From assembly GCA_002457675.1 (NCBI GenBank), contig NTKK01000006.1, forward strand, positions 11,742-75,741: DNA of 64,000 nucleotides, in the 5' to 3' direction. Shown here piece by piece: positions 53,752-63,214 of the stretch. Every line of letters starts with the position of its first letter. Within the stretch, counting starts at the first letter, position 1. The notes under the pieces are model-generated. The model ran no database searches and was not told the origin of the DNA. It saw only the letters and a program-made list of their open reading frames with translations. The DNA is from Bacteroidetes bacterium MED-G17. Lineage in GTDB: Bacteria > Bacteroidota > Bacteroidia > NS11-12g > UBA9320. The translations under genes were made by a program, and so were the position numbers.

Positions 53752-53860
53752 CTTAAAATGAAAATGATGAGGGATAAGATTTGTTTATCTTGTTATATTT
53801 ACTGTTTAAACAAAGACAAATAAACTAAAACTTTTCGGCTTAGGATTGTTTGCTATATAC

Positions 53861-54271
53861 GTGATAGTTACAGTTTGTAGAAAAGCGCACTTTAATGCGG
53901 CGCATCGTTTACATGTTTCTTCTTGGGATGAAGAACAGAACAAAGACTTCTTTGGTCTCTGTAACAACGAAAATTATCATGGACACAATTACCAATTGAT
54001 TGTAAAAGTAAAGGGGAAGGTGGACGAAACCTCTGGTTATCTTATTGATATGAAAGAATTGAGTAAAATTATCAAAGAAGAAGTAGAAAACCCTTTTGAC
54101 CACAAAAATCTAAATTTAGACACTGAGGAATTTAAACATCTTAACCCAACCGCAGAAAATATTGCGGGTGTGATCTACCGGAAAATAAAAACAAGACTAA
54201 ACCCAGACTTCCAACTAAGTATAACACTTTATGAAACAGAACGAAACTTTATTGAATATCATGGAGAATGA
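53861..54271 (+). CDS. 6-pyruvoyl-tetrahydropterin synthase family protein (PTPS/QueD-like)
   Basis: Start set at the GTG, giving (M)[16 protein letters not shown]..., which matches the PTPS N-terminus. Later GHNY..L segment is also PTPS-like. Confidence 0.75.
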   Translation: MIVTVCRKAHFNAAHRLHVSSWDEEQNKDFFGLCNNENYHGHNYQLIVKVKGKVDETSGYLIDMKELSKIIKEEVENPFDHKNLNLDTEEFKHLNPTAENIAGVIYRKIKTRLNPDFQLSITLYETERNFIEYHGE

Positions 54272-54923
54272 TGAATTGATGCAAGACGATAGTCATTTCT
54301 CAACCTCCCTAGAAACACCTCTTCGACCAGATGCATTTAAACTCACAGAAGAGCAAAAAATTGAAAAAATTGAACATCATTTTAGAGAGATTTTGACCAC
54401 TTTGGGCATGGATTTGAATGATGATAGCCTAAATAAAACCCCCTACAGAGTGGCTAAAATGTATGTGAAAGAAATATTCTCAGGTCTCGATCCCAACAAT
54501 AAACCAAAAGTTTCTCTTTTTGAGAATAAATTTGGTTACAACCAAATGTTGGTTGAAAAAGATATAAATGTTAACTCTCAGTGTGAGCACCATTTGGTTC
54601 CAATATTTGGCAAAGCACATGTTGCCTATATTGCAAATGGGGAAGTAATTGGCTTATCAAAAATCAATAGAATTGTTGACTATTACTGCAAAAGACCTCA
54701 AGTTCAGGAAAGACTTACCAGACAAATTGCAGAGGAATTGAAGCAGGTTTTAAAAACAGAGGATGTTGCTGTTGTACTAGACGCGAAGCATATGTGTGTT
54801 AGTTCAAGGGGTATCAAAGATGTAAATAGCAGTACAATTACAGCGGCAATTTCTGGTCAGTTTCAAAATGAAGCGACCCGTTTGGAATTTTTAAGGTATA
54901 TAGGAATGAATTCTTCCTTTTAA
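54231..54923 (+). CDS. folE: GTP cyclohydrolase I
   Basis: ...[17 protein letters not shown]...RPQVQERLT... An alternative in-frame start at 54261 (MENDEL...) gives only a 10-nt overlap with the PTPS gene. Confidence 0.9.
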   Translation: MKQNETLLNIMENDELMQDDSHFSTSLETPLRPDAFKLTEEQKIEKIEHHFREILTTLGMDLNDDSLNKTPYRVAKMYVKEIFSGLDPNNKPKVSLFENKFGYNQMLVEKDINVNSQCEHHLVPIFGKAHVAYIANGEVIGLSKINRIVDYYCKRPQVQERLTRQIAEELKQVLKTEDVAVVLDAKHMCVSSRGIKDVNSSTITAAISGQFQNEATRLEFLRYIGMNSSF

Positions 54924-54947
54924 GTTCTAAATAAGATATTTGTTCCC

Positions 54948-55835
54948 ATGGATAACATAAGCGTTATTGGCTCTGGAACTATGGGAAATGGGATTGCCCA
55001 CGTATTCGCGCAGAATAATTACAATGTTTCACTTATTGACATAAATGAGAAGGCCCTTGAAAAGGGCTTATCTATTATTTCGAAAAATCTTGATAGACTT
55101 ATTGCCAAGGATAAAATTAACATAGTTGATAAAGAGAGAACCTTGGCTAATATACATACGTTCAGCAATATTGAAGATGGGGTAAAAAATGCTGATTTAG
55201 TAATTGAAGCTGCAACAGAAAATCTTTCATTAAAAGAAAGAATATTTGAAAATATGGATAATTTTTCCCCTGAAAATGCCATTTTAGCTTCCAATACATC
55301 TTCAATTTCTATAACCCAATTGGCTTCAAAAACAAAAAGACCCTCAAAAGTGATAGGAATGCATTTTATGAATCCTGTTCCCATTATGAAGTTGGTTGAG
55401 GTAATTAACGGCTTTCAAACAGACAAACAAACTACTGAAAAAATAGTGAGCCTATCTAAAAAAATTGGTAAAATTCCAGCAATGGCCAATGACTATCCTG
55501 GTTTTATTGCCAATAGAATTTTAATGCCTATGATTAATGAAGCAATTTATACCCTTTATGAAGGTGTAGGCAAGGTAGAAGAGATTGATATAGTAATGAA
55601 ATTGGGTATGGCACACCCTATGGGTCCTCTTCAATTAGCTGATTTTATAGGCTTAGATGTATGCCAAGCAATTCTACAAGTACTTTATAGAGGTTTTGGC
55701 AATTCAAAGTATGCACCATGTCCTTTATTGGTAAATATGGTAGAAGCTGGTCAATTGGGAGTGAAATCAGGAGAAGGATTTTATCAATACGAAAAGGGTC
55801 GAAAGGAATTGGTGGTTTCTAATTCTTTTAGTTAA
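54948..55835 (+). CDS. hbd: 3-hydroxybutyryl-CoA / 3-hydroxyacyl-CoA dehydrogenase
   Basis: ISVIGSGTMGNGIAHV NAD-binding region, 3HCDH C-terminal domain; 295 aa. Confidence 0.85.
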   Translation: MDNISVIGSGTMGNGIAHVFAQNNYNVSLIDINEKALEKGLSIISKNLDRLIAKDKINIVDKERTLANIHTFSNIEDGVKNADLVIEAATENLSLKERIFENMDNFSPENAILASNTSSISITQLASKTKRPSKVIGMHFMNPVPIMKLVEVINGFQTDKQTTEKIVSLSKKIGKIPAMANDYPGFIANRILMPMINEAIYTLYEGVGKVEEIDIVMKLGMAHPMGPLQLADFIGLDVCQAILQVLYRGFGNSKYAPCPLLVNMVEAGQLGVKSGEGFYQYEKGRKELVVSNSFS

Positions 55836-57114
55836 AAAATGAGTCCACCTGTTTTTGCCACTCCATTAGATCGGAGTTATAAAAAGCATGTTTTTTACTT
55901 ATATTATACTGTTTCCATTTTTTGTAAAAAGTATCCCATTTAATAAGGTAAACCGTACTAATTCTGCCTATGATTAGCAGAACTGGCAGCAGTATTAGAT
56001 ACTTACTTCCAAAAATTATTGCAAAGACTACACCAACAATAACATACCAAAACAAATTTAAAAATAAGCCCAACGCTATTATCATTGAGCCCTTAAAGCT
56101 TGGTTTTGTTTTTATTTTTTTTCTAATCGGTCTGATTAAGGATATCGGCACAAAATGAAACAATCTTCCAACCAAGAATACTGGAAACAGAAGAACAAAT
56201 CCAACCAGAAGTATGTATTTTAAGCTTGAAAATTCTGTCTCAATTTTATTTATTTTATTAATGCCAAGACTTAAGAGCTTTTTCTCCAAATATTCAGCTT
56301 GCGTACTTAATTTTTTAAATTCTTGGTTGTCATCGTTCGATAGATCATTTAGCCTATCTGCTATAGATTTTTGATGCGAAAATGTTTTCTCATCATTTTC
56401 AAAAAATCTCCAAGAGGGCAAAAGTCGGAAAAATCTCCAGTAGTTTATTTCTGCTGTTTCATTTTCAAGATGTATGACAGTCTTTTTCATTTCATCTTCT
56501 ATTTTTTCTGTTAAGGTTTTAATATTATCTGAAGTATTTTCTGTATGCTCTAAAAAAAATCCAGCATTTATTTTTATATGAACATCGCTAAATGCTTGGT
56601 GATGATTTGTAAAATTTAATCCTATAGGAATTATTTTGATTGGTAGTTGCGGATATTTCTGTTTTGTGCCAATGGCTATTCTGGCCAAACCAGTTTTTAA
56701 CGGTTGTATCTTCAATCTTTTTACACTAACACCTTCGGGGTGAACCAATAACATTTTTGAATCTTTCAACAAATCAGAGCATTCTTTGAACATATCGCTA
56801 TTTCCTTTTGTGTCAGCAAAAACACTAGGTCTATATACAGGAACCATATGGAATTCTTTTCGCATAAACCAATTTTTAATCCCTTTTCCCATATATTCAG
56901 CTGCGGTCAAATAATATAAATTGCCAAAAAGTATACTAGTTACTAGTAAAGGATCAATGAAAGAGTTTGGATGATTAACGGCAAGTAATGTGGCTCCTTC
57001 TGAGTCATAATTGTCTTTTCCTTCAACACTTATCTTTTTAAAATAAGTACGTAAAGCTAGAGGAAGCAAAAAATATTGAAGAAGTCTCCGTATCAAGTCG
57101 CAGTAAAACATCAA
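55828..57114 (-). CDS. PlsC-like acyltransferase fused to a C-terminal polytopic membrane domain
   Basis: Motif I AVNHPNSFIDP; about 4 TM helices in the last 150 aa; 428 aa. Confidence 0.6.
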   Translation of the reverse strand: MMFYCDLIRRLLQYFLLPLALRTYFKKISVEGKDNYDSEGATLLAVNHPNSFIDPLLVTSILFGNLYYLTAAEYMGKGIKNWFMRKEFHMVPVYRPSVFADTKGNSDMFKECSDLLKDSKMLLVHPEGVSVKRLKIQPLKTGLARIAIGTKQKYPQLPIKIIPIGLNFTNHHQAFSDVHIKINAGFFLEHTENTSDNIKTLTEKIEDEMKKTVIHLENETAEINYWRFFRLLPSWRFFENDEKTFSHQKSIADRLNDLSNDDNQEFKKLSTQAEYLEKKLLSLGINKINKIETEFSSLKYILLVGFVLLFPVFLVGRLFHFVPISLIRPIRKKIKTKPSFKGSMIIALGLFLNLFWYVIVGVVFAIIFGSKYLILLPVLLIIGRISTVYLIKWDTFYKKWKQYNISKKHAFYNSDLMEWQKQVDSFFN

Positions 57115-57212
57115 AAATATATAGATACTAGCTACTTATCGTAATTATTCGCTTTTTCATATAATCTCGCTCAACTATTGTGCTCTAAATTGGTTTTTTA
57201 GTTAGACCACAA

Positions 57213-58676
57213 ATGAATAAAGTAGGTATAGACGATATGGCAGTTTATGTACCAAAAATATTTTTGGACATTGGTGAATTGGCAAAAAATCGCGGAATCG
57301 AAAAAGAAAAACTTCAGAGGGGATTGGGCTTAGAAAAAATGGCATTACCTGATACCTACGAAGACGCAGCAACCATGGGTGCAAATGCCGTGCTTAGTTT
57401 GATGCAAAAAAACAGCTTAAAGCCTCAAGATTTAGGCAGAATATATTTGGGGACTGAAAGTGCGCTAGATGGAGCAAAGCCAACATCCACTTATATTTTA
57501 CACATGCTAATTGATTTTTATGCACCTGAATTTGGCGAAGACTGTTTCAATCAGTGCGATGTTGTAGATATGACTTTTGCTTGTATTGGGGGTGTAGACG
57601 CATTGCACAATACTTTGGACTGGGTGGGTAGTGAAAGTGGAAAGGTTGGTATTGTAGTGACCGCGGATTTTGCAAAATACGACTTGCATTCTTCAGGAGA
57701 ATATACCCAAGGAGCTGGCGCTATAGCGTTGCTTATTAAACAAAATCCAAGATTAATTTCTATAGACGAAACGTGGGGTATCGCTACAAAACCAGTTCAT
57801 GATTTTTTCAAACCGAGGAGAGTCAAAAGTAAATTTAAACTGTTTAAAGAGTCATTAGAACTTGTAGGAATCGAAAGCCAAAAGATTGATGAAATATGGA
57901 ATTCTTTAGATAACTTAAGTAAACAAAAATATCTTGGTGTAGATGAAGACAACATAGCAATTTTTAAGGAAACACCTGTTTTTGATGGACAGTATTCTAA
58001 TGACTGTTATAAAAATAGAATTAACGAAGCGTATAAAAATTTCCAAAAGAAAAACCCAAAATTTTCTCTAGAAAATTGGGATTTTTTGGCATTTCACTTG
58101 CCATATGCTTTTCATGGAAAGAGAATTTTTACAGAAATTTTCATTCAATATTTATTAGGTACAAACCAGATGATACCCTTTTTAAAGGAAAACCATCTCC
58201 CGGTGGATGTGCATGATTATGATAGCCCCGAATTTGTAAAGAGTATTTATAAATCAAAGGGGTATAAAGCTTTCACAGATGAAAAAATGAGGTATGCATC
58301 AAAGGCCTCCTCAGAAGTTGGCAATATGTATGCTTGTTCTATTTTCCTTTCACTGGCTAGCATAATTGTTTGTAGTGAAGAAAGTGGTATGGATTTACAA
58401 GGAAAAAAAATAGGCTTTATCGCTTATGGAAGTGGCTCAAAGTCAAAAGTTTTTTCTGGGACCATTGGTAAGAACTGGCGACAAGTATCTAGAAATATTC
58501 AGCTTTTTGAGCAATTGCAAAAAAGAAAAGGCCTTTCTTACGAAACTTATGAAGCCTTACATAGAGAACAATTCAATACAGTGGTAAATAAACCGGTCAA
58601 TTGTTTTGTCAGAAAAGAAATTTTTACGGAGAAAGGTGTTAGGGAAGGCATGCGTGTTTATGGATTTGAGGAATGA
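57213..58676 (+). CDS. mvaS: hydroxymethylglutaryl-CoA synthase (mevalonate pathway)
   Basis: VGIDDMAVYVPK N-terminus; thiolase-fold active-site context (...MTFACIGGV...); 487 aa. Confidence 0.8.
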   Translation: MNKVGIDDMAVYVPKIFLDIGELAKNRGIEKEKLQRGLGLEKMALPDTYEDAATMGANAVLSLMQKNSLKPQDLGRIYLGTESALDGAKPTSTYILHMLIDFYAPEFGEDCFNQCDVVDMTFACIGGVDALHNTLDWVGSESGKVGIVVTADFAKYDLHSSGEYTQGAGAIALLIKQNPRLISIDETWGIATKPVHDFFKPRRVKSKFKLFKESLELVGIESQKIDEIWNSLDNLSKQKYLGVDEDNIAIFKETPVFDGQYSNDCYKNRINEAYKNFQKKNPKFSLENWDFLAFHLPYAFHGKRIFTEIFIQYLLGTNQMIPFLKENHLPVDVHDYDSPEFVKSIYKSKGYKAFTDEKMRYASKASSEVGNMYACSIFLSLASIIVCSEESGMDLQGKKIGFIAYGSGSKSKVFSGTIGKNWRQVSRNIQLFEQLQKRKGLSYETYEALHREQFNTVVNKPVNCFVRKEIFTEKGVREGMRVYGFEE

Positions 58677-58712
58677 TGTTTTCTACTTTTTATAATGCTA
58701 AAAGCCATAGGA

Positions 58713-59594
58713 TTATGACTTGATTATCTTATTATAGGTACTTGCGCCAAGCGGTAGTTTTAGTCCGGTTTTACTTATAAAATAGAGTTCGGAAGAATGA
58801 GGTTTGCTTTCCTGAAAAACTTGTTGAAATATATTTTCACAAACCATTGTTGAAAGACCTAAAGAATAAGTGTTTAGGATGACAAGACCATTTGGTTTGA
58901 GTATTTCTGAAACGTTAGACATAATTTCAAAAAGGGAATCCTCTAATTTCCAACGTTCACCTTTACTTCCAATACCGTATGCTGGTGGGTCTAAAATAAT
59001 AAGGTGGTAGGCATTCTTTCTTTTCGCTTCTCTTTTTACAAATTTCAGTGCGTCTTCAATTACCCAACGAATGTTGTCTAATTTACTCAATTGCATATTT
59101 TCAGCTGCCCATGAAATTACTTGTTTCACTGAGTCAACGTGCACAACATCAGATCCAGCTGCCTTTGCAGAAAGTGAAGCTCCGCCAGTGTAGGCAAATA
59201 AATTTAGTGTTTTAGCATTTTCAATTTTAGTTAAATATCTAAAAATTATATCCCAATTGTGCGCTTGCTCAGGAAAGATCCCAATATGTTTAAAACGGGT
59301 GAAGTTGAGTTTAAATTTTATCAAATGCTTTTGATCAATCTTGTAATTTATATTCCAAGGATTCTGTATGTGGTCAAAAAAATCCCATTTCCCTTGGTGA
59401 CTCTCAGTTTGCACAAAGTGTGCATTGCAAATTTTCCCCCAATCTTTTTCCTGCAGTTCTTTTTTCCATAAGGCTTGTGGCTCGGGTCTTCTTAATATAA
59501 ATCTTCCAAATCTTTCGAGTTTCTCTTTATCACCACAGTCAATCAACTCATAATCTTTCCAATATTCTTTGATATTTTTTTTATTTACACTCAC
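58713..59594 (-). CDS. class I SAM-dependent rRNA methyltransferase (RlmI/RlmK-like)
   Basis: ...LNLFAYTGGASL... SAM-binding and DPPAYG motifs. Confidence 0.55.
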   Translation of the reverse strand: MSVNKKNIKEYWKDYELIDCGDKEKLERFGRFILRRPEPQALWKKELQEKDWGKICNAHFVQTESHQGKWDFFDHIQNPWNINYKIDQKHLIKFKLNFTRFKHIGIFPEQAHNWDIIFRYLTKIENAKTLNLFAYTGGASLSAKAAGSDVVHVDSVKQVISWAAENMQLSKLDNIRWVIEDALKFVKREAKRKNAYHLIILDPPAYGIGSKGERWKLEDSLFEIMSNVSEILKPNGLVILNTYSLGLSTMVCENIFQQVFQESKPHSSELYFISKTGLKLPLGASTYNKIIKS

Positions 59595-60307
59595 TTGTAA
59601 ATTATTTGATGGTCCTTAAGCCAATTTTCTTCTACAAATCTAAAGTATACCTGAACTAAAGTTCTGACGTCTTGTTGGCAATAATTTTTTATTCTTTCTA
59701 CATCATTTTGTTTATAATAAACGTTATAAATATCCGAGCCGCTGATATCACTTTTTGGTGAAGGAATATCGAATAAAGTTGCCAATGTATCTAAAGATGT
59801 AAAATTTTTATAATCTCCAAATTTCCAAAATTCTAAGGTGTCAATATGCTGTACTTCCCAGGGTTTTTTCCCTTGAATATTTAAAATTTTTGGTAGTGGG
59901 ATTCTATGAACAAGCATTCTTCGGCAGAGATAGGGGAAATCAAATTCTTTGCCGTTGTGTGCGCAAAGTCTATGAAAAGCTTCGTCAAATGATTTGTTAA
60001 GAAGTGAAGAAAATTCTTCTAATATCTTTTTTTCGTCATTACCATAAAAAGATGTTATTCTCAATTGGCGTTCCACACCGCTTCTAGTAAGAAAACCGCA
60101 AGAGATACAAATTATTTTTCCAAACTCCGCATATATTCCTGCTCTTTCATAAAGCGTATTAAAATCATCTTTGGGGTTATATTTATTAAGTAGTTCAGCT
60201 TTTTTAGACCAAAGTTCTTGCCATTTTTCGCTAAGGTCTTCAAAATGTTCTTGCTGTGGTGCTGTTTCAATGTCAAGAAATAAAATATCTTCTAGCACAA
60301 AAGGCAA
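59591..60307 (-). CDS. RNase H-like 3'-5' exonuclease domain protein (PolB-exonuclease-like, COG3298-type)
   Basis: LFLDIETAPQ exo-I-like motif, later H..NG..FD.PYL motif; 238 aa. Confidence 0.5.
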   Translation of the reverse strand: MPFVLEDILFLDIETAPQQEHFEDLSEKWQELWSKKAELLNKYNPKDDFNTLYERAGIYAEFGKIICISCGFLTRSGVERQLRITSFYGNDEKKILEEFSSLLNKSFDEAFHRLCAHNGKEFDFPYLCRRMLVHRIPLPKILNIQGKKPWEVQHIDTLEFWKFGDYKNFTSLDTLATLFDIPSPKSDISGSDIYNVYYKQNDVERIKNYCQQDVRTLVQVYFRFVEENWLKDHQIIYK

Positions 60308-60313
60308 AATACA

Positions 60314-60997
60314 TTAATTTTTCTTGATTTTATGCTTTGCAAAGCTATAAGAAAAATGCTCTAAGAAGCTTTCAATAAATAGTTGTAAAAATGTAATTTC
60401 ATTTACACTTGATTGAATTTCTTTTTGAAGACTGGTAACTTCCATGTCATCTAAACCACAAGGATTAATGTAATTGTAATGGTCTAAATTGGTGTTAAGA
60501 TTAATGGCAGCTCCGTGAAGGGTAATCCCTTGTGAAATTTTTATTCCTAAAGCGGCAATTTTGCGCCATGGATCTCTGAGCCAAACTCCAGGATTTATTT
60601 CATTAGTTTGCGTTTTTATTTGGTAGGAATTTAAACATTTAATGATGCTTTTTTCTAATAGGTTAACGTATTTCTTTGGGCCGATTTGAAGTTGTGTTAG
60701 GTCAAGTATGGGATATACAACCAATTGGCCTGGACCATGGTAGGTAATATCACCTCCTCTATTAATTTGTACAACTTCAAAACCCAATTTTTTAAGATGG
60801 TTTTCATTTTCGTACAAATTTTTCGTATTCGCATTTTTCCCTAGCGTAAATACAGGTTTATGAACACAGGTTATAAGAGTATGGACAGGATGCTTTATTT
60901 TTTCTTTTAGTTGGTTGTGGTAATATAATTGCTTTTCAAGAATGTTTTGATAAGGCAAATTTTCAAGATGCAAATGATTTAGCAGAGGCTTTTTCAA
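60314..60997 (-). CDS. lipB: lipoyl(octanoyl) transferase
   Basis: ...HKPVFTLGKN...RGGDITYHGPGQLVVYPILDL... signature. Confidence 0.85.
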   Translation of the reverse strand: MKKPLLNHLHLENLPYQNILEKQLYYHNQLKEKIKHPVHTLITCVHKPVFTLGKNANTKNLYENENHLKKLGFEVVQINRGGDITYHGPGQLVVYPILDLTQLQIGPKKYVNLLEKSIIKCLNSYQIKTQTNEINPGVWLRDPWRKIAALGIKISQGITLHGAAINLNTNLDHYNYINPCGLDDMEVTSLQKEIQSSVNEITFLQLFIESFLEHFSYSFAKHKIKKN

Positions 60998-61944
60998 AGA
61001 GTTTCTTTTATTAGGTATTTATTCCTTTCAACAGAATTTCGAGCAATTAATTCACCTACAAAACCAGCTAAAAATAGTTGAACACCAATAATCATGCTTG
61101 TCAAAGCCACATAAAACCAAGAAATATCAGCAATATTTTTGGCGGGGGTATTTTTGATTAGGTGCCAAAGTTTATCTATTGAAATCGACAAGAACAAGCC
61201 AAAGCCTATAACGAACATTAGTGTACCAATGGTACCAAAAAAATGCATAGGCTTTTTCCCAAATCTGCCTACAAAATTGATTGTTAATAAATCTAAAAAG
61301 CCATTTACGAAACGATTTAATCCAAATTTAGTGACACCATATTTTCTAGCTTGGTGGCTGACAACTTTTTCTCCTATTTTATTAAACCCAGCATTTTTGG
61401 CAAGTATGGGTATATATCGGTGCATTTCTCCGTATACTTCAATACTTTTAACTACCTCTTGTTTGTATGCTTTAAGACCGCAATTGAAATCGTTTAGCTT
61501 AATACCACTTGTTTTTCGAGTCGCCCAATTAAATAGTTTAGTAGGAATGGTTTTTGATAAGGGGTCGTAACGTTTTTTCTTCCAGCCTGAAACCAAGTCA
61601 TAATTATTTTCAGTGATCATCTTATACATTTCAGGAAGCTCCTCGGGACTATCTTGTAAGTCAGCATCCATTGTAAAAATTACTCCACCTTGGGCAATTT
61701 TGAAGCCTTCATTAAGGGCAGCTGATTTCCCATAATTTCTTTGGAATCGAATGCACTTTATTATGGAAAATTTTCTTTTAAGTTCAAGAATGACATTCCA
61801 GCTTTTGTCTGAACTTCCATCATCAACAAGTATAATTTCATAAGAATGTTTTTGACCAAGTACTTTATTAATCCATTCTATTAATTCCGGCAATGATTCT
61901 TCCTCATTGTATAAGGGTATGACTATAGAAATATCCATTAGCAT
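60994..61944 (-). CDS. family 2 glycosyltransferase, polyprenol-phosphate glycosyltransferase type
   Basis: ISIVIPLYNEEESL...LVDDGSSD...DADLQD with C-terminal TM helices. Confidence 0.8.
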   Translation of the reverse strand: MLMDISIVIPLYNEEESLPELIEWINKVLGQKHSYEIILVDDGSSDKSWNVILELKRKFSIIKCIRFQRNYGKSAALNEGFKIAQGGVIFTMDADLQDSPEELPEMYKMITENNYDLVSGWKKKRYDPLSKTIPTKLFNWATRKTSGIKLNDFNCGLKAYKQEVVKSIEVYGEMHRYIPILAKNAGFNKIGEKVVSHQARKYGVTKFGLNRFVNGFLDLLTINFVGRFGKKPMHFFGTIGTLMFVIGFGLFLSISIDKLWHLIKNTPAKNIADISWFYVALTSMIIGVQLFLAGFVGELIARNSVERNKYLIKETL

Positions 61945-63209
61945 TGAAAGAATTGAGCTTTATTGGCGGTAAATTTAATTTCGCCCCGTAAACTTTTCTC
62001 AAAATACGGGTGGTTATAGGATTTTGATTTAAGACTTTCAAAATTGTAAAGCCATTCACTATCTAAATCAAACCCAACCAAATTTGATTTTTCCCCTTGC
62101 TCAATAGTAGACTTTTCAAGTCCAAAGATTTTATGTGGTTTTTGGGTAATAGCTTCAATAAATTTTTCGAGGGAAATATGGGTTGACAAATGTCTTACAT
62201 ACATAGGTAAAAAGGTTTGTAGTCCTAACAAGCCTTCTTCAGCATACTCTATTTCAACAGCTTTATTTTCACTATTAACCGGTTGATGGTAAGAGGAAAT
62301 ACAATCAATAGTTCCATCATTTATTCCTTCAATGAGGGCAATTCTATCCTCTTCTGTTCTAAGTGGAGGGTTGGTTTTATAAAGGCTATTGTACGAGGCA
62401 ACGTCTTTTTCGGTAAAGCATAAGTTGTTTATCGAAATATCGCAGGTAAGATTTATGTTTTCATTTTTTGCTTTGCGAATTAATTCTACGCCTTCACTTG
62501 TAGAGATACCTGTAAAATGAAGATGACCACCTGTATATTTTAGTATTTCAATTTGTTGAGCTATCACAGATGTTTCTGCTATGTGTGCTTGTCCCTTAAA
62601 GCCGAGGTGGAGATTTTTTTCACTTTCGTTAATAAAAGAATTCGCCAGAGACTTTTCTAACGGTGAGCTAACAATAGGAAGGTCCAAACTTTTTGCTGAC
62701 CGCAGGGCACGCACCAATATGTCCATATTGCTGTAAGGTATTTTCCCTTGAGAAAAGCCCGCACAACCTGCTTCTTTGTTTAGGAAAAATTCTGTTAGAG
62801 ATAGGTTATTAAAACCTTTAGATGTTGCTGCTAGTGGAATAATTTGTGTTTGAAACTTTTGACATTTTTCAACAATCAAAGAAATATCCGAAGGTTTTTC
62901 AAGTATTGGGATTGTATTTGGTTGTCCCAAGATTTTGGTGAATCCAGAGTTTATTGCCACCTCATTTAGCGTCTGCAAGTCTTCTTGTATTTCTTTTCCT
63001 GGTTCTCGTAACTCACAATAACAATCTACCCAGCCTAAAGATGTATAAGGTGCGTTTTTTATAACAATCTCTTGATTGTCAGTTATTTGAATATTTTTTG
63101 CAATTCTATTTATTTTTCCATTAAGAATTTCAATATCTACAACTTGTTGGTGGTGAGGACCGTTGGGGTCAATCACTTTAGTTTGTCTAATTAGAATTTT
63201 TTGGTTCAA
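61938..63209 (-). CDS. pyrC: dihydroorotase-like cyclic amidohydrolase
   Basis: Amidohydrolase-fold motifs (...DCYCELREPG..., HLHFTGISTS..., late Asp); 423 aa. Confidence 0.7.
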   Translation of the reverse strand: MNQKILIRQTKVIDPNGPHHQQVVDIEILNGKINRIAKNIQITDNQEIVIKNAPYTSLGWVDCYCELREPGKEIQEDLQTLNEVAINSGFTKILGQPNTIPILEKPSDISLIVEKCQKFQTQIIPLAATSKGFNNLSLTEFFLNKEAGCAGFSQGKIPYSNMDILVRALRSAKSLDLPIVSSPLEKSLANSFINESEKNLHLGFKGQAHIAETSVIAQQIEILKYTGGHLHFTGISTSEGVELIRKAKNENINLTCDISINNLCFTEKDVASYNSLYKTNPPLRTEEDRIALIEGINDGTIDCISSYHQPVNSENKAVEIEYAEEGLLGLQTFLPMYVRHLSTHISLEKFIEAITQKPHKIFGLEKSTIEQGEKSNLVGFDLDSEWLYNFESLKSKSYNHPYFEKSLRGEIKFTANKAQFFQC

Positions 63210-63214
63210 TATTC

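Noticed and set aside
53603-53860. A riboswitch (preQ1, THF or other) or a tRNA/sRNA in the long intergenic region upstream of the PTPS-folE operon.
   Set aside because: The sequence is extremely AT-rich with no GC-supported helices or known riboswitch cores, and the region is too AT-rich for a tRNA. I interpret it as a divergent promoter/operator region instead.
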